Origin: Elusimicrobiota bacterium
GTDB taxonomy: Bacteria > Elusimicrobiota > Elusimicrobia > UBA1565
Direction of reading: 5' to 3'
DNA length: 11,624 nt
NCBI GenBank assembly: GCA_043819795.1
Contig: JBDREN010000053.1
Coordinates: 1 to 11,624, forward strand
This document shows, piece after piece, positions 1 to 5,515 of this stretch. The stretch's first letter is position 1; every line of letters starts with the position of its first letter. The notes beneath the pieces are model-generated. The model was given only the letters and a program-made list of their open reading frames with translations, was not told the origin of the DNA and did not search any database. The position numbers were made by a program, and so were the translations under genes.

Positions 1-279
1 CGACGCTAAATCAAAGAGAACCCGGATGCGGATGCGCCTTCAACAGCGGCAACGATTAGACGCGATGACGAACACCCACGGCCTGTGGGCTGGGATTCTT
101 TTGCCCATTGACGCGGGGACCTCTAATGAGTGACACCGACCCTTGCACCGACCCTAAAATGGATATAGCTTGGTTGGGGCAAATCGGAGTCTCGGATGTG
201 GCGACCAAGTGTCTACAGGACAGGGACTCATGAGCAGGGCGGGACAGTCTTAGGAGCCGGGGCAAAGGATGAGAGGATC

Positions 280-3200
280 ATGACCACAAGGAATCTGTCG
301 AGTCTCTGGACGGTCTGCGTTCTGACCTGCATCGCGGCGACCGCTGCGACGCGTGCAAACGCGTCCCCGTTTGCAGGGGGAAGCGGCACGATCGAAGACC
401 CTTATGGGATCGCCAATGTCGACCAATTACAGGCGATGAAGGATTACTTGAACTCCCATTTCGTGTTGCTCAACGACATAGACGCCTCTGCGACGCGAAA
501 TTGGGACAATGGCGCAGGCTTCGAGCCCATCGGAGCCAGCGGGTCCTTTACAGGGACTTTCGATGGAGACGGACACAAAATCCTCAATATATTCGTGAAC
601 AGGGGTGACGCGTACAACGTGGGCCTTTTCGGGAACGTGGTGGGGGGAGTCGTGCGGAACGTGGGGCTGGAAAACGTGAATGTGACCGGCTATGTCTATG
701 TGGGCGGGCTCGTCGGATACGGAGAGGCTGCCACAGTGTCCAATTCGTATGCTGCGGGCTCCGTGACCGGGGGGTACGGCGTGGGCGGCCTCGTTGGATA
801 CCTATGGGGTGGCACAGTGTCCGAATCGCATGCCGCAGGCTCCGTGAACGGCTCCGGCTATTATGTGGGCGGCCTCGTCGGGTACCTATGGGTTGCCACG
901 GTGTCCGATTCGTATGCCACGGGCTCCGTAACCAGCACCGGGAATTACTATACGGGCGGCCTCGTCGGATTCAATCACGATGGGACAGTGGCGGACTCGT
1001 ATGCCACGGGCCCCGTGACCGGCAAAGGCCATGTGGGGGGCCTCGTCGGGCACATGGGCATGGGCGGCTGCACAGTGTCGAACTCGCATGCCACGGGCTC
1101 CGTGATCGGCACGGGCAGTGCTGTAGGCGGCCTTGTCGGGAGCAGCAGCAATGGGTCACTGTCGAGCTCGTATGCCACGGGCTCCGTGACCGGCACGCAG
1201 CCGGTGGGCGGCCTTGTCGGGGACATGAGCTATACCACAGTCTCGAATTCGTATGCCACGGGTTCCGTGACCGGCGCGGGCCAGGTGGCCGGCCTCATCG
1301 GGTGCGATCAGTATGGCATAGTAACGAACTCGTATGCCACGGGCTCCGTGACCTCCGAAGGCGATTATGTGGGCGGCCTCGGCGGGCGCATATGGGGGAC
1401 TGCAGTGTCCGATTCGTATGCCACGGGCTCCGTGGCCGGCAACTATTATGTGGGCGGCATGGTCGGCTTCATGCGGTATGGCACAGTGTCGAACTCGTAT
1501 GCCGCGGGCCCCGTGACCGGCGCCGGTGAGGTGGGCGGCCTCCTCGGCGACAATTACGATGGGACGGCAGCGGTGGGATCCTCCTACTGGGACATCCAGA
1601 CGACCGGACTGTCCGCGAGCGACGGGGGCACGGGCAAGACCACGACCGAGATGATGCAGCAAGCCACATTCTCGGGCTGGGATTTCACGGACGTGTGGAC
1701 CATCGAGGAAGGCGAGTCTTATCCCTATCTCCAACGGAAGGCCCCACCGGTCGTTGAAGACGAGGACGGGGACGGGGAACCTGACGACACGGACAACTGC
1801 CCCTCGGACTACAACCCGGGGCAGGAGGATGCGGACTCAGACGGCCTAGGCGACGCGTGCGACGCGTGCCCCGATAACCCTGAGAATGACGCGGACGGCG
1901 ACGGCATCTGCGGCGACGTGGACAACTGCGCGGCGATCGCCAACACGGACCAGGAGGATGCGGACTTGGACGGGGTCGGGGACGCGTGCGACGCGTGCCC
2001 GCATGACGCGGCCAATGACGCGGACAACGACGGCATCTGCGGCGACGTGGACAACTGCGCGGCGATCGCCAACGCGGACCAGGCGGACGCGGACTCGGAC
2101 GGGGTCGGGGACGCGTGCGACGCGTGCCCGTTCGACGCCTTGAATGACGCGGACAACGACGGCATCTGCGGCGACGTGGACAACTGCGCTGCGATCGCCA
2201 ACGCGGACCAGGCCGACGCGGACGCCGATAGGCTGGGCGACGCGTGCGACGCGTGCCCCGATGACCCTGAGAATGACGCGGACGGCGACGGCATCTGCGG
2301 CGACGTGGACAACTGCCCGGCCGCGCCAAACACGGACCAGGCGAACGCCGACGGCGACGCCATGGGCGACGCGTGCGATGCGTGCCGCAATGACCCCGAG
2401 AATGACGCGGACGGGGACGGGATCTGCGGCGACGTTGATAACTGCCCGCTTGCCGCCAACCCGGGCCAGGCGGATACGGACGGGAGCGGCATCGGGGACG
2501 CGTGCAATGATGCGTTGGACGCGGACGGCGACGAGTTCGAGGACGGGCTCGATAATTGCCCTGCGGCGGCCAACGCGGACCAGGCGAACGCGGACGGCGA
2601 CGGTCTGGGCGACGCGTGCGACGCGTGCCCGCATGACGCGGCCAACGACGCGGACAAGGACAGTGTCTGCGGCGACGTGGATAACTGCCCCGCGATGATG
2701 AACCCGGACCAGGCGGACTTCGAGGGCGACGGGATCGGGGACGTCTGCGACCCGGACATCGACAACGACGGGATCGGGAACGAGCAGGACGATGACGCCA
2801 GCGCCCTGGTGGATGATGCGGGCGGCATAGTGGAATCCGCCAGCGTCACGGCGGACTTCCCGGCCGGCGCTCTCAGCGGGCCGACCAGCGTGAGCCTCAT
2901 CAGCGACCAGAGCAACCTCATGATCAGGACGAACAAGGGAGACGGCTTCGTCCTGCTGGACTACGAGCTCATGCCTTCCGACGCGAACTTCGGCCAGCCG
3001 GTGACGCTGACGTTCCGCTACGACGAAAGCCTGCTGACCAACCCGCGTCAGGAGGCGAAGCTGGACGTCTACCGGCTGATTCCCGGAAGCAATCCGCCGC
3101 TTTGGGAGGCGCTGGGCGCGCGGCTGGACATGGGCGCCAACACGCTGATCGTAACGGTGGAGCACTTCAGCACCTACGCGGTGGCGGCGCCGGGCGACGC

Positions 3201-3540
3201 GGACGGGGACGGGGTGTTCGAGGGCTTCGCGGGCGAGATCGAGGACGAATGTCCCGGCTCGGAGCCCGACGCCATCACGCTCAACCCGAACCAGTACGCC
3301 CAGAACACGGGGTTCGGGCCATTCGAGACGGGCCCGGACGAAGCCCAGAGCGCGGTCTACGACATGCTCGCGACCAGGGGCTGCACCTGCCGGCAGATCG
3401 CTGCGGCCTTGAACGCGGGCGAGGGGCAGGTCAAGAAGGGCTGCGCGCCTGGGCTCATGCAGAAGTGGACCGGGATCAGCGCCCAGCCGGACAGGCCGCA
3501 GGAGAGCGCCGAAGCGGGCAAAGGCGGAAAGAAGAAGTAG
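280..3540 (+). CDS. Large secreted/surface protein (1086 aa): signal peptide, GLUG-motif beta-solenoid, thrombospondin type-3 Ca-binding repeats, ZU5-like domain, Cys-rich C-terminal tail
   Basis: ORF 196..3540. ATG at 280 preferred because AAGGA/GAGG lies just upstream and it begins a Sec-type signal (MTTRNLSSLWTVCVLTCIAATAATRANA). Next comes FAGGSGTxEDPYxI, typical of GLUG proteins, then GGLVG...SYATGSV repeats, DNCPxxxNxDQxDxDxDGxGDACD repeats and FPAGAL...PVTLTFRY...VEHFSTYAV. Confidence 0.9.
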   Translation: MTTRNLSSLWTVCVLTCIAATAATRANASPFAGGSGTIEDPYGIANVDQLQAMKDYLNSHFVLLNDIDASATRNWDNGAGFEPIGASGSFTGTFDGDGHKILNIFVNRGDAYNVGLFGNVVGGVVRNVGLENVNVTGYVYVGGLVGYGEAATVSNSYAAGSVTGGYGVGGLVGYLWGGTVSESHAAGSVNGSGYYVGGLVGYLWVATVSDSYATGSVTSTGNYYTGGLVGFNHDGTVADSYATGPVTGKGHVGGLVGHMGMGGCTVSNSHATGSVIGTGSAVGGLVGSSSNGSLSSSYATGSVTGTQPVGGLVGDMSYTTVSNSYATGSVTGAGQVAGLIGCDQYGIVTNSYATGSVTSEGDYVGGLGGRIWGTAVSDSYATGSVAGNYYVGGMVGFMRYGTVSNSYAAGPVTGAGEVGGLLGDNYDGTAAVGSSYWDIQTTGLSASDGGTGKTTTEMMQQATFSGWDFTDVWTIEEGESYPYLQRKAPPVVEDEDGDGEPDDTDNCPSDYNPGQEDADSDGLGDACDACPDNPENDADGDGICGDVDNCAAIANTDQEDADLDGVGDACDACPHDAANDADNDGICGDVDNCAAIANADQADADSDGVGDACDACPFDALNDADNDGICGDVDNCAAIANADQADADADRLGDACDACPDDPENDADGDGICGDVDNCPAAPNTDQANADGDAMGDACDACRNDPENDADGDGICGDVDNCPLAANPGQADTDGSGIGDACNDALDADGDEFEDGLDNCPAAANADQANADGDGLGDACDACPHDAANDADKDSVCGDVDNCPAMMNPDQADFEGDGIGDVCDPDIDNDGIGNEQDDDASALVDDAGGIVESASVTADFPAGALSGPTSVSLISDQSNLMIRTNKGDGFVLLDYELMPSDANFGQPVTLTFRYDESLLTNPRQEAKLDVYRLIPGSNPPLWEALGARLDMGANTLIVTVEHFSTYAVAAPGDADGDGVFEGFAGEIEDECPGSEPDAITLNPNQYAQNTGFGPFETGPDEAQSAVYDMLATRGCTCRQIAAALNAGEGQVKKGCAPGLMQKWTGISAQPDRPQESAEAGKGGKKK
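700..1548 (+). repeat. Intragenic GLUG-type tandem repeats, about 10-11 units of 81-87 nt
   Basis: TCG(T/C)ATGCC(A/G)CGGGC(T/C)CCGTGACC-like core at 745, 826, 910, 997, 1084, 1168, 1249, 1330, 1414 and 1495, alternating with GTGGGCGGCCTCGTCGG-like blocks; all periods are multiples of 3. Confidence 0.9.
1762..2790 (+). repeat. Intragenic thrombospondin type-3-like repeats, 8 units, mostly 129 nt (43 aa)
   Basis: The GDAC/GDVC codon block recurs at 1852, 1981, 2110, 2239, 2368, 2497, 2611 and 2740 (period 129, one of 114); several units are near-identical in DNA. Confidence 0.9.
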
Positions 3541-3543
3541 GGA

Positions 3544-3559
3544 CGCGGGAAGACCCGCG
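3544..3559 (+). terminator. Short GC hairpin after the stop of the large gene (possible terminator or 3' stabiliser)
   Basis: CGCGGG-AAGA-CCCGCG, 3 nt after TAG; no U-tract follows. Confidence 0.35.
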
Positions 3560-3683
3560 CTGAGACGGCCTCTAGGACGTCGAGCTCTCTCCCTCGGGCT
3601 GTTGACCGCCGGAGACTCCATTAACGTCAGCGCAGTCTAGGACGCGGCAACTGCTCATTTCCGCTGAAGTACCTTAACGTCCG

Positions 3684-3770
3684 TCAAGAACCGGCCGCAA
3701 TCAGGGCCGCAATCACGGTATAGAATAATACCAAGATCAATACGCCCCTCTCGTCGGAGTCCATCGACAT
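3684..3770 (-). CDS. Possible 28-aa hydrophobic micro-ORF MSMDSDERGVLILVLFYTVIAALIAAGS
   Basis: Translated by hand (below the ORF-track length cutoff). One uninterrupted hydrophobic run follows ERG. The nearest GGAGG is 16 nt upstream of the ATG, which is too far for a canonical SD. Confidence 0.25.
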   Translation of the reverse strand: MSMDSDERGVLILVLFYTVIAALIAAGS

Positions 3771-3942
3771 TGACTTGACGGCTTGTCCTCCTCAATGCGA
3801 CCAGCACCGCTAAGGAAGCATGCCGACACAAGAGTTCGGCTGGTGAAGCATGATGTTGAGTGCCATGACCCCACATGCCGCACTCATCCGCCCGCGCGAG
3901 GACAGTGCTTGGGCTGAAGCGGGCTGGGTGTAGGGAGCCCCC

Positions 3943-4017
3943 GCCTTCGCGGACTAGCAAATCTATTTGGACAATACCCGTATTGAGCCCGCGGATCAGC
4001 TGGTTGAGCACGCGTCT
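3943..4017 (+). pseudogene. Decayed copy of the tRNA-Lys promoter plus tRNA 5' half (copy A)
   Basis: Aligns to 4249..4324 at 61/76 columns with one gap, including exact blocks GCCTTCGCGGACT, ATTGAGCCCG, TCAGCTGGT and GAGCACGCG. The tRNA-like part starts at 3985 and similarity stops at the anticodon loop. Confidence 0.85.
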
Positions 4018-4183
4018 CATAGTCTCCCGCTCTACCTGTTTGATGCCGGTTGTTGGGTTTTGATCGTTAACGAGAAGAGACCGCCCCCGCCCGTCTGCGG
4101 TTTGCCCGGCTTTGACGGCTCGGGATGCCCGAAGGGCACCATACTGGGCACCACCTGATTGCTGTCACCCTTCAGAAAACTGC

Positions 4184-4235
4184 TGATACAAGCACCAGAT
4201 TCAGTCGCGAGGTCAGCCAAAAGAGCACGCGCTTT
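4184..4235 (+). pseudogene. Second, more decayed copy of the -10 region plus tRNA-Lys 5' half (copy B)
   Basis: Ungapped alignment to 4274..4325 at an offset of exactly 90 nt gives 36/52 identities, including AGAGCACGCGC; it also ends at the anticodon loop. Confidence 0.6.
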
Positions 4236-4273
4236 GCAGTTTAATTCTGCCTTCGCGGACTCTTAGATTTGTT

Positions 4274-4282
4274 TGGTACAAT
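4274..4282 (+). promoter_or_regulatory. Extended -10 sigma70-type promoter of the tRNA pair
   Basis: TG-g-TACAAT ending 9 nt before the first base of tRNA-Lys; no clear -35. Confidence 0.65.
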
Positions 4283-4291
4283 AAGCGGATT

Positions 4292-4364
4292 GAGCCCGTA
4301 GCTCAGCTGGTAGAGCACGCGCCTTTTAAGCGCGGGGTCGTGGGTTCGAGCCCCACCGGGCTCA
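4292..4364 (+). tRNA. tRNA-Lys (anticodon TTT), CCA not encoded
   Basis: Full cloverleaf: acceptor GAGCCCG/CGGGCTC, D arm GCTC/GAGC, anticodon stem CGCGC/GCGCG with loop CT-TTT-AA (anticodon 4325-4327), T arm GTGGG-TTCGAGC-CCCAC, discriminator A. Confidence 0.97.
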
Positions 4365-4371
4365 AGACTTC

Positions 4372-4443
4372 GCCTCCATCGTCTAACGGATAGGACGTAG
4401 CCCTTTCAAGGCTAAAACGGGGGTTCGACTCCCCCTGGAGGCA
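4372..4443 (+). tRNA. tRNA-Glu (anticodon TTC), CCA not encoded
   Basis: Acceptor GCCTCCA/TGGAGGC, anticodon stem TAGCC/GGCTA with loop CT-TTC-AA (anticodon 4405-4407), T arm GGGGG-TTCGACT-CCCCC. Confidence 0.97.
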
Positions 4444-4463
4444 CTTCCGTTACGCCTTCCTCG

Positions 4464-4940
4464 TCAGTAGGTGGTCCAGACCTTCCCCGTGGTGTCGGTG
4501 TGGTAGCACTCCATCATGATGAGGCCCCAGTTGGGGTCGGCGGAGTTGCTCACGTAGACCCACTCTCCGTCGTCGCTGGAGTCGGCGGCCATGGCGTCGC
4601 CATTGTTGAGAGTGTCCACGGTCGCGATCGCGGGATGGTAGTTGGGCGCGTGCGCTTCGGGCCACTTGCCCAGGTATTTTGTGTTGAGCGTCAGCGACTC
4701 CTGGAGAAAGGTGGTGTTCGTCTGGGCCGCGCCGGTCGGGTAGTACCCCTCGTTGTCCGCGTAGTAGATGTTGAGGGCGCTCCGGATCGCGCCCAGGTTC
4801 CCCTTGGTCTTGCCCTCGTTGGACTTGCGGATGAGGTCCGCGAACTTCGGGATGGCGATCGAGCCCAGAATCCCGAGGATCGCGATGACGATCATCAACT
4901 CGACGAGCGTGAAGGCGCGCGCCCGCTTCCGCCAGCCCAT
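4464..4940 (-). CDS. Type IV pilin / T2SS pseudopilin-like protein with prepilin N-terminal cleavage-methylation motif (158 aa)
   Basis: Real start inside the listed 4464..6059 ORF: MGWRKRARA|FTLVELMIVIAILGILGSIAIPKF (basic leader, F+1, E+5, hydrophobic helix); AAGGGG SD overlaps the upstream gene's stop. Confidence 0.92.
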   Translation of the reverse strand: MGWRKRARAFTLVELMIVIAILGILGSIAIPKFADLIRKSNEGKTKGNLGAIRSALNIYYADNEGYYPTGAAQTNTTFLQESLTLNTKYLGKWPEAHAPNYHPAIATVDTLNNGDAMAADSSDDGEWVYVSNSADPNWGLIMMECYHTDTTGKVWTTY

Positions 4941-4948
4941 GTCGCCCC

Positions 4949-5500
4949 TTACGCCGCCTCGCAATACTTGCGGACGATGCTCTCGGCTTCGGGGATGAGG
5001 CCGCCGGCGCGCTGCAGCGAGGCGTGCGCCTCTTTCGGATAGCCGTCCACCATGGCGGACCAGGCGCGGTTGAGCGCGCGCTCCAGGATGGCCAGGTGGG
5101 AGAAGATCTCGGCGTAAGCCTGCATCCCTTCCTCTTCCTCGATGGTGTGGCGTCCCTCGAAGAGATGGTTCAGCTGCGTCTGGACGTGCTCGAGGTCCGC
5201 CTGGGCCTTCGCTTCCTCTTTTATGAGGCTCTCCAGAGAGAGGGCCGCGAGCGCCTTCAGGTCCTTGGCGAGGGCTTCGAGACGATCGACCATGTTCTCG
5301 ATGGTCAGCGGGCCGGCGTGCTCCGCGTCCGCGTCCGCCTTCTTGGGCTTGTGCCCGGAGCGCTTGCGGGCCATGAGGCCCCCGGCGACCGTGATGATCA
5401 GCCCGAGGATGAAGGGCGCCCATTTCGGCGGCGTGGGGGCCGCGAAGATGGACGCGATGATGATGCCGATGAGGAAAACGGCGGTGCCGATTCGTTTCAT
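4949..5500 (-). CDS. Hypothetical membrane-anchored protein (two N-terminal TM segments plus helical soluble domain)
   Basis: 183-aa ORF with GGAGG SD, 15 nt after the OPT stop and 8 nt before the pilin start; GC3-rich codons like its neighbours. Confidence 0.85.
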   Translation of the reverse strand: MKRIGTAVFLIGIIIASIFAAPTPPKWAPFILGLIITVAGGLMARKRSGHKPKKADADAEHAGPLTIENMVDRLEALAKDLKALAALSLESLIKEEAKAQADLEHVQTQLNHLFEGRHTIEEEEGMQAYAEIFSHLAILERALNRAWSAMVDGYPKEAHASLQRAGGLIPEAESIVRKYCEAA

Positions 5501-5515
5501 GGTCTAAAATCCTCC

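Noticed and set aside
28..64. Further tRNA-Lys 5' scar upstream of the large gene (GCGGAT...ACGCG at the same spacing as 4285-4321)
   Set aside because: Only 17/37 ungapped identities, with a random-level middle; not supportable without the upstream sequence.
176..266. c-di-GMP-I riboswitch in the leader (GGGCAAA...GTCTAC...ATGA.CAG)
   Set aside because: The context fits, but the tetraloop-capped hairpin and the GACGCAAAGC junction are missing; cmsearch with the c-di-GMP-I model would settle it.
196..279. Upstream start at 196 for the large gene
   Set aside because: It would place 28 polar residues before the signal peptide; ATG 280 has SD-like sequence and gives a normal signal peptide.
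745..1518. CRISPR-like pattern of 24-nt repeats with variable spacers
   Set aside because: All periods are multiples of 3 inside an open frame, the spacers share a second conserved block, and there are no cas genes; these are coding GLUG repeats.
700..1560. Diversity-generating retroelement target
   Set aside because: There is no reverse transcriptase or separate template repeat in the window, and differences between units include indels and are not confined to adenine positions.
1685..3621. Long antisense and off-frame ORFs over the large gene (214, 375, 591, 184 aa)
   Set aside because: Expected stop-codon-poor shadows of GC-rich repetitive coding DNA, with no recognisable motifs.
3801..3824. 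SRP RNA domain IV look-alike (CCAGCACCGCTAAGGAAGCATGCC)
   Set aside because: The conserved CAGG is CAGC, the loop is 5 nt rather than GNRA, and there is no long enclosing helix.
4074..4180. Glycine riboswitch-like words (GAAGAGACC...CCGAAGGGCA...CTTCAG)
   Set aside because: The core motifs GGAGA and CTCAGG are imperfect, spacing is off and no coding gene lies downstream.
3655..4220. ORFs of 121, 62, 63 and 62 aa in the spacer, including a possible integrase remnant
   Set aside because: No recombinase or other motif, atypical codon usage, and they run through the tRNA-derived relic sequences.
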